Shown in pieces: positions 17,767 through 28,084 of a stretch of 52,666 nt of DNA. The stretch comes from Patescibacteria group bacterium (GTDB lineage: Bacteria > Patescibacteriota > Minisyncoccia > Phycocordibacterales > VMEP01): NCBI GenBank assembly GCA_038064715.1, contig JBBTSJ010000037.1:1-52666 (forward strand), written 5' to 3'. Within the stretch, counting starts at the first letter, position 1, and each line of letters opens with the position of its first letter. The notes under the pieces are model-generated. The model saw only the letters and a list, made by a program, of their open reading frames with translations. It was not told where the DNA came from and searched no databases. Position numbers and translations under genes: made by a program.

Positions 17767-18882
17767 ATGAAAGGATTCTATTTTCACAATACGGACATAA
17801 GGAATACAAGGGCCCATACTTCTCAATTGTTGAATACGGTTGTGTCTATTGACGCCCGCTTGTCAATATGCCTGGTTGTTCCAAGATATTATGGTGAAAC
17901 CAAGCTCGACCTTATTAAAGAGAATCATGGTCTGCCGATAATGCCGAAAGTGGCGTTGCTCCGGAATTTTGGCATTCGGAATTCCGGAATCGCATCTTTT
18001 ATTTTGTTTAATCTGCCGGCCATCTGGTTTTTGCTTGTTAAGAAAATCAAAAAAGAAGCGGACTTCGTTTATATTCGGTCGAGCTTTTTTTTGCCTCTGG
18101 TTATTGCCGCCTGCATGCTTCGAGTACCTTGTTACTACGAAACGCACAGGAAACCGATGAGCTTAAGCGAGAGATGCCGCGATTACATCATAAGTAATTT
18201 GGTTACGGGTATCGTTGTGGCGAGCAGTTATGTGCGCGATTACTACTTGTCATATAAAAAAAGAATACTCGTTGCTCATGACGCGGTCTCTTTAAAAAGG
18301 TTTGCTGTCGTCATTGACAAAAAGGAAGCAAGAAGAAATCTTGGTTTTATGCTCGATGAAAATATTTGTGTTTATACAGGCACAATCAGCAGATTGAAAG
18401 GCATAAACTATGTGATTGATGCGGCGCGCGGCGCGCCAAAAGTCATTTTTCTTCTTGTCGGTCTGGTTTCCCCGGAATTTATCAACGCGGACTTGCCTCC
18501 AAACGTGAGGATTTTGGGCAAGAAGGAGCAAAAAGAGCTTCCGGCTATTTTACACGCGGCGAATGTTCTACTTTTGCCACATCCTAATAATGAATACTCC
18601 CAATCGCCGATGAAACTTTTTGAATATATGGCGTCAGGTGTGCCCATTGTTGCGTCTCGGCTGCCTTCAATTTCCGAAGTGTTGAATGATCAAAATGCCA
18701 TACTCGTCGAAGCTAATAGCGGAGAAGCGCTCGCTCTCGGTATTCAAAAAGCGATAAGCGATATCGACTTTTCGCGAGCCGTTGCCGAAAGAGCACATAA
18801 TGACGTGCAAAATTACACTTGGGAGAAGCGCGGTATTGCCATCGCGGAATTTATCAGGAATACAATGCGGATTCCGAATTAA
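17767..18882 (+). CDS. Glycosyltransferase, GT4-like
   Basis: SQSPMKLFEYMASGVPIVASRL motif. Confidence 0.85.
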   Translation: MKGFYFHNTDIRNTRAHTSQLLNTVVSIDARLSICLVVPRYYGETKLDLIKENHGLPIMPKVALLRNFGIRNSGIASFILFNLPAIWFLLVKKIKKEADFVYIRSSFFLPLVIAACMLRVPCYYETHRKPMSLSERCRDYIISNLVTGIVVASSYVRDYYLSYKKRILVAHDAVSLKRFAVVIDKKEARRNLGFMLDENICVYTGTISRLKGINYVIDAARGAPKVIFLLVGLVSPEFINADLPPNVRILGKKEQKELPAILHAANVLLLPHPNNEYSQSPMKLFEYMASGVPIVASRLPSISEVLNDQNAILVEANSGEALALGIQKAISDIDFSRAVAERAHNDVQNYTWEKRGIAIAEFIRNTMRIPN

Positions 18883-18890
18883 GAGAATAT

Positions 18891-20039
18891 ATGAATTTTC
18901 TCGCCAGAATCAATAGGGCAACACTTCTCGTTCGTTGTATGGCGAGAGCTATCTTTCGCGGCGCGGCAGACCAGATTTCACCCGACATTTCTAGGATTAT
19001 AGTAGTTCCATCCGGCAAGTTGGGGGATGTCGTGTGCACCACGCCCGTGTTACGCGCTATTCGAATCCAGTTGCCTAAGGCGCATATTATCGTAGCTGGA
19101 ATATCCAAACTCCATATTCCTCTTTTATCTGATAGCGGATTGGTTGACGAATATCTCGACCTTGAAGAAAATGGCGCGGCAGCGCGCGTCAAAGCATGCC
19201 ACGCGGAAGCGGCTCTAGTTACAGGCCCATCGTTCAAGTCGATTGCCCTCTTGTATCTTGCCGGCATCCCCTTGGTTATCGCACCCAAGGTAACGGGCGG
19301 GTTTTCTCCTTCCGAAACAAGACCATATAAAATTTTAAAACGGTTTGTTAAAACTTTTCCATACAAAATGGGTGAATATGCTCCACGCGAGCGTTTAAAG
19401 GCGCTTGAGCCATTAGGTATCGTTTCTTCCGACACGAAAAAGTATCTTGGGTTTTCAGAGACCGCGAGCAAGAAAGTAAAAAAGTTTTTTATTGACAACG
19501 ATATCGATGTGGAGAAAGATTTTGTGGTTGGAATATCTCCGTCTGCAGGCAATAAAATAAAGGAATGGCCGGAAGAACGATTTGCGGAAGTGGTTGATTA
19601 TTTGACGGCAAAATATCAAGCAAAGATAATTATAGTTGGCGGGCCTGGGGACAAGGAAAAAGTCGAGAAAACCAAAAGTCATCTAAAATCCGCGGAAAGA
19701 GTTTTAGAAATCACAGATTGGAATATAGATGAGCTCAAGTCTCTGGTTTCCAAGCTTCACCTCTTTATCTCCGTTGATACCGGTCCGATATATATTGCCG
19801 AAGCGTTTGGCATCCCTACCATTGATATCACGGGCCCGATAGACGAGCATGAGCAACCTCCACAAGGGCCAATTCATAGAAGCGTCGTACCGCCACATAG
19901 ATCACGACCGGAGCTTTTTGTGCTCAATGCGAGACGTTATAACACAGAAGAAGCGATGAGGCAGATTGAGTCCATAACTGTATCTTTGGTGGAACGCGAG
20001 ATAGATTTATTAATCAAAGATTTAAGAGGCCAAAGATGA
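18891..20039 (+). CDS. Glycosyltransferase family 9 (heptosyltransferase-like)
   Basis: KLGDVVCTTPVLRAIR and FISVDTGPIYIAEAFGIPTIDITGP match GT9 signatures. ATG 18891 lies just after the upstream stop (the track starts at 18819). Confidence 0.82.
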   Translation: MNFLARINRATLLVRCMARAIFRGAADQISPDISRIIVVPSGKLGDVVCTTPVLRAIRIQLPKAHIIVAGISKLHIPLLSDSGLVDEYLDLEENGAAARVKACHAEAALVTGPSFKSIALLYLAGIPLVIAPKVTGGFSPSETRPYKILKRFVKTFPYKMGEYAPRERLKALEPLGIVSSDTKKYLGFSETASKKVKKFFIDNDIDVEKDFVVGISPSAGNKIKEWPEERFAEVVDYLTAKYQAKIIIVGGPGDKEKVEKTKSHLKSAERVLEITDWNIDELKSLVSKLHLFISVDTGPIYIAEAFGIPTIDITGPIDEHEQPPQGPIHRSVVPPHRSRPELFVLNARRYNTEEAMRQIESITVSLVEREIDLLIKDLRGQR

Positions 20040-20491
20040 AAGCTTTTATTACTAAACTGATAAAATGGCGAGTAACGCGGTATCTTATTTCGGGTGGTTT
20101 AGCCGCTGCCGTAAATCTGATATTGCTCTTTGTTTTGGTACACTTTTTTTACGTGTGGTATTTGCTGGCGGCGGTTCTATCCTACATTTCAGGGGTTTAC
20201 GTGAGTTTCATGATGCAGAAATTTTTTACTTTTAGTAATTATTCCAGAGAGAAAATTCGACAAGAGACAACCATTTATCTTATAATTCAAATTTTCAATT
20301 TAGGCACCAATACCCTTTTTATGTATATAAGCGTGGATATACTTAATATTCATTACATGATATCCCAAGTGATTATTGGTGGCGCCATCGCGATTTACAG
20401 CTTTTTCGTTTATAAGCATGTGGTTTTTCGCCAGAGTGTCTATAATAAAAAAGACATAAACGGGTATGAAAAAAATGAAACAGTCTCCTAA
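20036..20491 (+). CDS. GtrA-family membrane protein (putative polyprenyl-P-sugar flippase component)
   Basis: RYLISGGLAAAVNLILLFVLV..SFMMQKFFTF, four hydrophobic helices. ATGA overlap with the upstream gene. Confidence 0.8.
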   Translation: MKAFITKLIKWRVTRYLISGGLAAAVNLILLFVLVHFFYVWYLLAAVLSYISGVYVSFMMQKFFTFSNYSREKIRQETTIYLIIQIFNLGTNTLFMYISVDILNIHYMISQVIIGGAIAIYSFFVYKHVVFRQSVYNKKDINGYEKNETVS

Positions 20492-21395
20492 AAACTGTAT
20501 TGTCTGTGGCGCGGGAGGTACGCCACAGACGTGGAATGGCATAGACATTCTCAATTGTCGCAGTTGCGGTTTGGCCTGGAGAGCGTCTTTTGATATTCCG
20601 GTGGATTATTATGCCAAGTTGAATGCCGGACGACCGGAGCCGGGGGAGGGGAAAATCGTTTCCCGTCTCCGCAATGCGGAAGACCGACTTGCATCAACCA
20701 TGAGGTTTCTTCCCAAAGACGGTGTTTGCGATATCGGCTGCGGAGACGGCTCTTTTTTATCTGCCCTCAAGGAAGAAGGGTATAGAAATTGTTTCGGCAT
20801 TGAGCCAAGCTATTATAATTGCGAAATAGCCTCAAAAAACCAGCTCGAAGTTATAAAAGGAGACGTTTCTTCTTTGGGACAAGAAGCGCAAAAACGCAAA
20901 ATTAGAGCAATTACCCTTTTTCATGTAATTGAACATCTATCTGGTCCCATGGGAGTACTTCAAAATATAAAAAATGTATTAAGACCGGGCGGAGTTTTGG
21001 TTATTGAAACTCCCGATTCAAATGCTTCTATCCAAAAAGTCACCGACCACAAAAATGCCCTTATCTATCATGAGCATCTTTTTTATTGGAATGAGAAAGC
21101 CCTGCGGATGATTCTTAAAAAATTAGGATTTAGAATTCTAGCAATACAACATCGCTCATTTGATTGGAAAAATGCTCCCATTAGAGCATCATTGGCGCGA
21201 CTCGGTTTTTTTAATAAGTCATTTGTAAATTTTGGAAGTCAAGAAGGAAAAACATCAGAAAAAATAGGGCCGATAAACAACGGAAAAAAGTTGCGTAATA
21301 ATCCCTTTCGGAAGTTAATGAGAAGTATGCTTGCTTATCTGGTTCATTCGCTTGGAAGGGATGACTATATTTTTGTGGTGGCAGAGCGAACATAA
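20466..21395 (+). CDS. Class I SAM methyltransferase with N-terminal CxxC..CxxC zinc ribbon
   Basis: CIVCG..CRSCG, then VCDIGCGDGSFL motif I, then LFHVIEHL. Confidence 0.85.
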   Translation: MKKMKQSPKNCIVCGAGGTPQTWNGIDILNCRSCGLAWRASFDIPVDYYAKLNAGRPEPGEGKIVSRLRNAEDRLASTMRFLPKDGVCDIGCGDGSFLSALKEEGYRNCFGIEPSYYNCEIASKNQLEVIKGDVSSLGQEAQKRKIRAITLFHVIEHLSGPMGVLQNIKNVLRPGGVLVIETPDSNASIQKVTDHKNALIYHEHLFYWNEKALRMILKKLGFRILAIQHRSFDWKNAPIRASLARLGFFNKSFVNFGSQEGKTSEKIGPINNGKKLRNNPFRKLMRSMLAYLVHSLGRDDYIFVVAERT

Positions 21396-21410
21396 AACTT
21401 ATTAGCGGCA

Positions 21411-21460
21411 TAGAGCGAGAGAAATACAAAAGTAATCTTTTGTATTTCCGAGCCGAGGAG
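21411..21460 (+). repeat. GCGAG/CCGAG hairpin element, copy C
   Basis: taGAGCGAGA-[gaaatacaaaag TAAT cttttgtatttc]-CGAGCCGAGGAG. The 12-bp stem is perfect. Confidence 0.75.
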
Positions 21461-21512
21461 TTAATATAGGTCAATACCGCGTGATTTCTGCCGCGCGATT
21501 GAACGAACGGCC

Positions 21513-21547
21513 TGTGGTGAGCTAGGTCAAACCAAGCGAGCACCACA
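21513..21547 (+). repeat. Hairpin with AAGCGAG in the loop
   Basis: tgtggtg agctaggtcaaaccaagcgag caccaca. Confidence 0.45.
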
Positions 21548-21618
21548 TTAACCTGCGGTTTCTGCCAGAGGGGCCTATATATAATTCGGTAACAGCTTCA
21601 TTAAAGTAAACAAGATTT

Positions 21619-22383
21619 ATGGTAGAAATTTTGCGCTTCATATATAAAAATTTTTTTAAAAAAATCGCCCAATCGGCAGGTTATGATTTGGTTGTTAAAA
21701 AAATTTACAAGAACAATTTTGACGGGTATGAAATAGTAAATCCGTCCGCTACTTACGCGCCATGGTCTACGGACCAAAATTTTAAGCAAACATACGAGAT
21801 AGTAAAAAACAATACGCTTGTTGATAAATATCGATGTTATGAACTTTGGCAATTAGTTGAACAAGTCGCTCCTTTAGAAGGAGCTCTGATTGAGGTCGGA
21901 GTATGGAAAGGAGGAAGCGGGTTATTGATTGCCCATAAAGCCGCGCTTAGCGGAATAAAAAACAAAGTTTATCTATGCGATACTTTTACGGGAGTTGTCA
22001 AGGCAGGAGAAAATGATCCGTCTTATAGGGGCGGAGAACATGCCGATACCTCGGTAGATGAAGTAGAAGAAGTAATTAAAAGACTTAATCTTAAAAATAC
22101 CGAAATATTAATCGGCGTTTTTCCGGAAGACACGGGAAAATTAATCAAAGATGGTTTGTTCAGATTTTGCCACATAGACGTAGATGTATATCAATCGGCA
22201 AAAGATATTGTAGAATGGTTATGGTCAAGACTGGTAGTCGGCGGAATCATTGTTTTTGATGATTACGGTTTTCGGGGATGTGCGGGAGTGACAAGTTTCG
22301 TAAATGAGCAAAGGACCAAAAAAGACAGGATTGTCGTTCATAATTTGAACGGGCACGCGGTGCTAATAAAAATTCAAAATTAG
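21619..22383 (+). CDS. TylF/MycF-type (macrocin O-methyltransferase family) SAM methyltransferase
   Basis: GALIEVGVWKGGSGLLIA, LCDTFTG, HIDVDVYQS..GGIIVFDDYG. Confidence 0.82.
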   Translation: MVEILRFIYKNFFKKIAQSAGYDLVVKKIYKNNFDGYEIVNPSATYAPWSTDQNFKQTYEIVKNNTLVDKYRCYELWQLVEQVAPLEGALIEVGVWKGGSGLLIAHKAALSGIKNKVYLCDTFTGVVKAGENDPSYRGGEHADTSVDEVEEVIKRLNLKNTEILIGVFPEDTGKLIKDGLFRFCHIDVDVYQSAKDIVEWLWSRLVVGGIIVFDDYGFRGCAGVTSFVNEQRTKKDRIVVHNLNGHAVLIKIQN

Positions 22384-22386
22384 AAC

Positions 22387-22635
22387 ATGCAGGAAAATCA
22401 AATTTTTAAACAACTTTTCACCCGACTGCGAAACACTAAATTAGGGCAGCTTTTTTTTGACAAGAAGTTCGTTCATTACACATGGATAGGAATTTTTATT
22501 TCACTCCTCAACATATTCTTTCTATGGCTCCTGATAGATGTTGTCGGCATTTCCACGATAGTTTCGGGTACGCTCGTCGTTGGGGTAACCTTTATTCTGC
22601 GGTATGTCCTTTTTGATTCTTTCAAAATCTTATGA
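22387..22635 (+). CDS. Half-length GtrA-like 2-TM membrane protein
   Basis: 82 aa with two hydrophobic helices and an RYVLFDSF tail, resembling the first half of GtrA-family proteins. Confidence 0.45.
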   Translation: MQENQIFKQLFTRLRNTKLGQLFFDKKFVHYTWIGIFISLLNIFFLWLLIDVVGISTIVSGTLVVGVTFILRYVLFDSFKIL

Positions 22636-23258
22636 ACCTCGTCTCCCTTCTCAAAAAACTTCCTGTAGATGTGGGACAGGCCGAGAGAAAACACGATTCT
22701 GCCGGTAAGCTGATAGCCTTTTCTTTTGTTACTAACGGGACCGGGAAACGCGCTCTTGATATCGGGTGTCGAGATGGTTACTGGGCAGAACGGCTTAAGA
22801 AAAAGGGGTATATCGTATCTGCGCTTGACCTCGAACCCAAATATGAATCGGCGCTCACTCATAATGTTGAAAACGGATTTCCGTTTGATGACGACAGTTT
22901 TGACTTGGTCTGGTGTACAGAAGTGATTGAGCATCTGCATAAGCCAAGGTATCTACTCGATGAAATCGAGAGAGTTTTGAAACCGAATGGGCTGGCGATC
23001 CTAACGACACCGAATTCGGCATGGTGGTTCTACACTATTTCGCGGCTTTGGGGTTGGACGCCACAGAGGTTGCAAAATCCGGACCATAAACAGTTCTTCA
23101 GAGAACAAGATATCAAAGATATGGCGAAAGGATATGAGGTGTTTGGCTATTTCCCATACGCTATCCGTTTTTTCCGCATACGCTCGTTTGTCGGGATGCT
23201 TTCTCCCACCTTTGTTCTCGTTCACCGGGCTTTAAATGTGACCCAGAGAAAATCTTGA
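22632..23258 (+). CDS. Class I SAM-dependent methyltransferase
   Basis: ALDIGCRDGYWAERL motif I. LVWCTEVIEHL. ATGA overlap with the upstream gene. Confidence 0.85.
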   Translation: MNLVSLLKKLPVDVGQAERKHDSAGKLIAFSFVTNGTGKRALDIGCRDGYWAERLKKKGYIVSALDLEPKYESALTHNVENGFPFDDDSFDLVWCTEVIEHLHKPRYLLDEIERVLKPNGLAILTTPNSAWWFYTISRLWGWTPQRLQNPDHKQFFREQDIKDMAKGYEVFGYFPYAIRFFRIRSFVGMLSPTFVLVHRALNVTQRKS

Positions 23259-23266
23259 ATAATGGA

Positions 23267-24217
23267 ATGAAATACGGCATAATTACAAACGTGATTTCCA
23301 TCGTCATCCCCGCCCATAATGAAGAAGACGCCCTCGAATCTCTCCAAGTCGAGCTGGTTGCCGTGCTATCTCTAATGGGCAAGCCATTCGAGGTCATATG
23401 GGTGGATGATGGGTCCACCGACCGTACGTATGAACGGCTTTCTGCCTTATCCCCGGTTACGATTATCCGGTTTCGGCGCCAATTCGGTCAGACGGCAGCG
23501 CTTGACGCAGGCATCAAGCGAGCCACGGGCGAATACATCGTAACCATGGATGGCGATGGGCAAAACGACCCCGCGGATATTCCTCGCCTTGTAGAAGCGC
23601 TCGAGAACGGGTCCTTTGACCTCATCGCGGGTTGGCGCAAAGAGCGCAAAGACCCGCTTATGAAAAAGCTCTCCTCGCGTGCCGCCGCATTTGCTCGGAG
23701 GATAATTCTCCGCGACGGCATCCATGATAGCGGCTGTACCCTGAAGATTTATAAACGCGAATGTTTTGAGAATGTTGACCTTACCGGCGAAATGCACCGT
23801 TTTATTCCAGCACTGCTTGCTACTCGAGGATTCAGGGTGGGAGAACTAATAATCAATCATCGCCCTCGTACACGCGGAAAAACCAAATACACCTGGTCGC
23901 GCGGTATCAAGGGACTCTTAGATATGGTCGCTGTCTTTTTCTGGCGAGCGTACGCTAATCGTCCTCTACATCTCTTCGGGGGTGCGGGCGTCGGGCTTAT
24001 CGCGCTTTCGATACTTGCCGGTCTCCTTGCCGCATACGAGAAACTTGCGCTCGGAACCGACCTCTCGAATAACTTCTTGGCGACACTGGCGGTCTTCGGC
24101 GCTCTTACCGGCCTTCAACTTTTTGTCGCCGGTCTCCTCGCCGACATGATGGCAAAAATGTATGCCGTGCATGGGAAGAAGCAGTCGTATGTCATTAGGG
24201 ATATAAGCGTGCGATAA
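23267..24217 (+). CDS. GT2 polyprenyl-phosphate glycosyltransferase (GtrB/ArnC/DPM1-like) with two C-terminal TM helices
   Basis: SIVIPAHNEE, VDDGSTDRT, MDGDGQNDP (DxD), plus two C-terminal hydrophobic helices. ATG at 23267 (the track starts at TTG 23255). Confidence 0.9.
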   Translation: MKYGIITNVISIVIPAHNEEDALESLQVELVAVLSLMGKPFEVIWVDDGSTDRTYERLSALSPVTIIRFRRQFGQTAALDAGIKRATGEYIVTMDGDGQNDPADIPRLVEALENGSFDLIAGWRKERKDPLMKKLSSRAAAFARRIILRDGIHDSGCTLKIYKRECFENVDLTGEMHRFIPALLATRGFRVGELIINHRPRTRGKTKYTWSRGIKGLLDMVAVFFWRAYANRPLHLFGGAGVGLIALSILAGLLAAYEKLALGTDLSNNFLATLAVFGALTGLQLFVAGLLADMMAKMYAVHGKKQSYVIRDISVR

Positions 24218-24239
24218 TATTTTCCGAAAACTTTTACAT

Positions 24240-25982
24240 ATGAAATTTAATGAGATTATATCAAGACATAAAATAGCGGTCGTTTTGGCTATCCTCACAT
24301 CGATTATCGTTGCTTTCCCGCAGATTTATTTTCGCATTGATCATAAGGATGACGGAGTATATCAAGGCATAGAGCTATTGCCTGATTCTCCATGGTCGGC
24401 GCGAGCGAAAGAAGTGCAAGACGGACACCCAAACTTCGGAGCTATTTACTATAAAGACGGGAAAGATAACCCGTATCTTTTTCAGCCACTCGGGTCCATG
24501 GTCGTTGGCTACACGGGAAAGGCGTTTTCTCTCGACATCAACAATACTATCTTACTTTCACGATTTGTTTTTACCTTTGCAGTCTTCCTCTTGATTTACG
24601 GCTTTGTTTTTCTATTATCTAAAGACAGGCTTGCCGCTATCTGTAGTACCGCGGTGATTTTACTTGCTAATTCTGCTTTGAGTTACTCCGGTCTTTCAGA
24701 TCTTCTCCATGGGAGGAGCCCCGAAGATTTCTTAAACATAGCCAGGCCGGTTAACCCCGCCATGATTTACATCTTTTTGTTCGGTTTTCTGGCCGCTTTC
24801 TGGCTGTTTTATAAAAATAAAAAGTGGACATACGGGGTCCTAAGCGCCGTCCTCTTGGGTTTGAATTTCTATAATTATTTTTATTCGTGGACATATTTGT
24901 ATGCTTTTGGAGGTATTTTGATTTTATTTCTTCTCATCCAAAAAAAATGGCAAGAAGCGTTAAAAATAACCGCGGTATTTCTCGGCGCGTTAGTGGTGGC
25001 GATTCCGTACGGCATCAACCTCTATAACGCCACCCTGCATCCTGCGTACCAAGAAGCGGCTTTACGAAATGGCGTCATTCAAACCCACGCGCCCTTGTTT
25101 GTCGGTTTTGTCGTTATTGGCGCTCTGGCCCTCTTTTTATGGAAATTTCCCAGAGAAGATAGGGGAAAATATTTTTTCGGATTGGCATTACTCCTTGCTC
25201 CGTTTATAACAATGAACCAACAGCTCTTGACGGGCAAGGTTCTCCAAGAAAATCATTACCATTGGTTTTTTCACAAGCCGATTGCCGTTATCTTTGTCCT
25301 CATAATTATATTCTACTTTCTTTCCCGCCGTAAACTGGATTTTTATCGGAAGGCGTTTGCCGTTTTGATTATTACGGCCAGCTTTGCGATAGGAATGTTT
25401 GTTCAAGCCGCCTCCTACTTATACGGCAAGAATGATGGTGGCAATGTGGCCATTGAACGCCAGAAGTACGGACCAGTCATGAGGTGGTTGAACGAGAACA
25501 GCGAGAAGGAAGCTGTTGTCTTGGCGAATAACGAGGCTTCACATCTGACTGTTATCTACACTCCCTTGAATGTTTTTTACCATCGAGCAGGCATGTTTTC
25601 GCTCGCCGCCACCAATGACCGTCTTCTTGATACGCTTTTTACGTTCTATAGATTGCGGGGCGTTTCGGCAAAAGGCGCCAGAGAAGTCTTTTTTGCGGAG
25701 CGGGGCAATATCTCCACGAATATCTACGGAATGCATTATCGGAAACTTTCTGGCGCGTACGAGGCGATTCCCGACGAAAAGATAGCGGAAACAGTCACTC
25801 TTTACGAAAAAACACTCGCGGTGCCCGCACACGATTGGTTGAAACAAATGATGGATAAATACGAAGTAGAGTATGTTATTTGGGACAAAAAGAATAACCC
25901 AACATGGAATTTGGATCAGTATGGTTATTTTAATAAAGCGGCCGAATTCGGCGATCTCGCTGTCTACCTTTTTCGTCCATGA
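24240..25982 (+). CDS. Large polytopic membrane protein with a ~185-aa soluble C-terminal domain (putative GT-C-type glycosyltransferase)
   Basis: At least 10 hydrophobic helices in the first ~395 aa. It sits directly after the polyprenyl-P glycosyltransferase. The family is not identifiable by motif, so the function is contextual. Confidence 0.55.
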   Translation: MKFNEIISRHKIAVVLAILTSIIVAFPQIYFRIDHKDDGVYQGIELLPDSPWSARAKEVQDGHPNFGAIYYKDGKDNPYLFQPLGSMVVGYTGKAFSLDINNTILLSRFVFTFAVFLLIYGFVFLLSKDRLAAICSTAVILLANSALSYSGLSDLLHGRSPEDFLNIARPVNPAMIYIFLFGFLAAFWLFYKNKKWTYGVLSAVLLGLNFYNYFYSWTYLYAFGGILILFLLIQKKWQEALKITAVFLGALVVAIPYGINLYNATLHPAYQEAALRNGVIQTHAPLFVGFVVIGALALFLWKFPREDRGKYFFGLALLLAPFITMNQQLLTGKVLQENHYHWFFHKPIAVIFVLIIIFYFLSRRKLDFYRKAFAVLIITASFAIGMFVQAASYLYGKNDGGNVAIERQKYGPVMRWLNENSEKEAVVLANNEASHLTVIYTPLNVFYHRAGMFSLAATNDRLLDTLFTFYRLRGVSAKGAREVFFAERGNISTNIYGMHYRKLSGAYEAIPDEKIAETVTLYEKTLAVPAHDWLKQMMDKYEVEYVIWDKKNNPTWNLDQYGYFNKAAEFGDLAVYLFRP

Positions 25983-28030
25983 CAATTCTTTTAGCCATTG
26001 CGTTTTTTTCAACCCTTTTCTTTTTTGGTTGGCAGACAGCCCGCTTCGCCTTACACGAGAACAAAATTGAGCGTCTGATAGCCCTTAGCGGAATTTTCGG
26101 CATCGGGTTATATGTGTTTTTTATAAATATATCGGGCCTGTTTATACCCATACAAACAGTATTTTATCTCGTATTATTCTTTTTTCTTTTGTTCGCATCC
26201 GCCTGCTTTTTTTGCCGGCGGTTTCGAATTTTCGGCGGCCAGAGGCCGTTGGAATGGGGAATTGATAAGAAGTGGAGGTGGATTTTGTTTTTATTCACCT
26301 TATTTTTTGTTATTTCCATTGGTGTAATCTCTTTTAGCCATCCGATGGATCTTTTCACTCTGCGTGAACCTACTGCCGCGACCATGGCGGAAGGAAATTT
26401 CCCCCCTAAAGAGATATGGAGCCCCGATAATCCTCTTTTGTATCATTATGCTCCCGATCTTTTGTCCGCCGCCATTTATAAAGTGACAGGGATGCCGCTT
26501 TATCTGGCTTACGGTTTTCAAAAAGCTATTTTGAGCGGAGTTCTTTTTCTTCTGGCTTTTATTTTTGTGAATTCATTTTTTCCAAGTGTTTTCGTGGCGT
26601 TCTGGTCCTCGCTCTTTATGTTTTATTCCGGCTCGCTCGTTTTTCTAAAGGGCTTCGGCGGTATTCCGGTTCTTTTCGATAAGTTTGTTTTAGGCAAGGA
26701 AGTTAGCGCCCCTTTTAAATTTGTCACCGATGCTATTGGAGAAGAGTCCGGTCTTCCGGTTATAAACTATGTTCTTCAGATTCATTGGGGCGCGATGGCT
26801 TTTGCTCTCTTGTTGGCGGTCGCGTACATTTATTTCCACCTATTGAATCGCGATGAAACCCCCAATCGTTCCCCCGCCATTTTTATGGCCGGTTTCATGC
26901 TGGCCCTTCTGGCTCTTGTCGCGGAGTCCTATTTCGTAATACTTGCCTTCGTTTTGTTCGCTTTTCCGTTCATCCTGTTTTTGTTCAGAAGATATGACGG
27001 AACGCTGAAAAAATATTTTATAACTTCGTTTTTTATATTGTTGATAGCAATTCCCATAGCCATTTTTCAGGGAGGGGTTTTGAAATCGGCGGTTTATCAG
27101 GAACTTAGAATATCTTCAGCAGGGAACACAAGCGAGGTTATGTTGTATACAGACAAAAATCTTAATAAAGTCCCCATACGACTTAACACATCTCTATTCT
27201 CACACGACGGTACATCGACCTTCAACATTTCCTTCTTTGTGAAATGGGTGTTACTGCTCGTTGTGCTCATTCCCGCTTTCGTTTTTTTATTCAAGCAACA
27301 GTTTGAATTAGCTGTTTTTTTGGCATCCGCGACTTTTCTCTTTTTTGGGGCTCCGCTCCTTTTCTACTCAGACTTCCCGCTTATCAATGAAAATCTGGAA
27401 AGGTTCTTTTATCCAGTAAATCTATTTGGAGGTCTAGTTGTCGGCTTATTTCTGGCAACTTTGTATCTGCGCGCCCGCCGACCGTCGTTCAAATTGGTTC
27501 TTTTATTTCTCACCATCATTCTCTCGGCGCAAGGATTGTGGACCCATTTTGTTTGGCTCTCCTTTGGGTATCCCCCGGGAGGGCAGTGGAACCCGAATTC
27601 GATGTTTTTTGCCGATGCCGGTACTTTTGAGGCGGGCGCATATAGATGGGTTAAGGAAAATACCGCCATAAGCGACAGGTTCCTGATTATTAGAGACGAA
27701 TATTCCGAATGCGGATTTTCCGGCGCGCCGAATTGCCTTTTTATTTTCAATACCGGCAGAATGGCCCCGATTTTTAAGTGGCATCAGGCCATAAGAATCG
27801 AAGACGAGAAAGCGTCACGGAAGATTGACCAATTCGACACGGTCAGCAAAAATTGCAGTTCCTCTATCTTACGGGAATTAGGATATAACTACATATACGT
27901 TGATGAACGCTGGTCGAACAGCATGGAAACGAAATGTTTGAAAAACAATAAACTAGACCTTGTATTTGAAAATAGCAATGGAGCCAAGTTCGTAAGAATT
28001 TACTTAATTAAAGGATATGGTCTAAGATAA
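25979..28030 (+). CDS. Large polytopic membrane protein (putative GT-C-type glycosyltransferase), second of a tandem pair
   Basis: 683 aa, hydrophobic helices through residue ~540, then a soluble tail. ATGA overlap with the upstream gene. Confidence 0.55.
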   Translation: MTILLAIAFFSTLFFFGWQTARFALHENKIERLIALSGIFGIGLYVFFINISGLFIPIQTVFYLVLFFFLLFASACFFCRRFRIFGGQRPLEWGIDKKWRWILFLFTLFFVISIGVISFSHPMDLFTLREPTAATMAEGNFPPKEIWSPDNPLLYHYAPDLLSAAIYKVTGMPLYLAYGFQKAILSGVLFLLAFIFVNSFFPSVFVAFWSSLFMFYSGSLVFLKGFGGIPVLFDKFVLGKEVSAPFKFVTDAIGEESGLPVINYVLQIHWGAMAFALLLAVAYIYFHLLNRDETPNRSPAIFMAGFMLALLALVAESYFVILAFVLFAFPFILFLFRRYDGTLKKYFITSFFILLIAIPIAIFQGGVLKSAVYQELRISSAGNTSEVMLYTDKNLNKVPIRLNTSLFSHDGTSTFNISFFVKWVLLLVVLIPAFVFLFKQQFELAVFLASATFLFFGAPLLFYSDFPLINENLERFFYPVNLFGGLVVGLFLATLYLRARRPSFKLVLLFLTIILSAQGLWTHFVWLSFGYPPGGQWNPNSMFFADAGTFEAGAYRWVKENTAISDRFLIIRDEYSECGFSGAPNCLFIFNTGRMAPIFKWHQAIRIEDEKASRKIDQFDTVSKNCSSSILRELGYNYIYVDERWSNSMETKCLKNNKLDLVFENSNGAKFVRIYLIKGYGLR

Positions 28031-28084
28031 CAAAATGTTTTTTTATCAACATTTATATCTAGCAGGGAGATTCAAGAATATCAT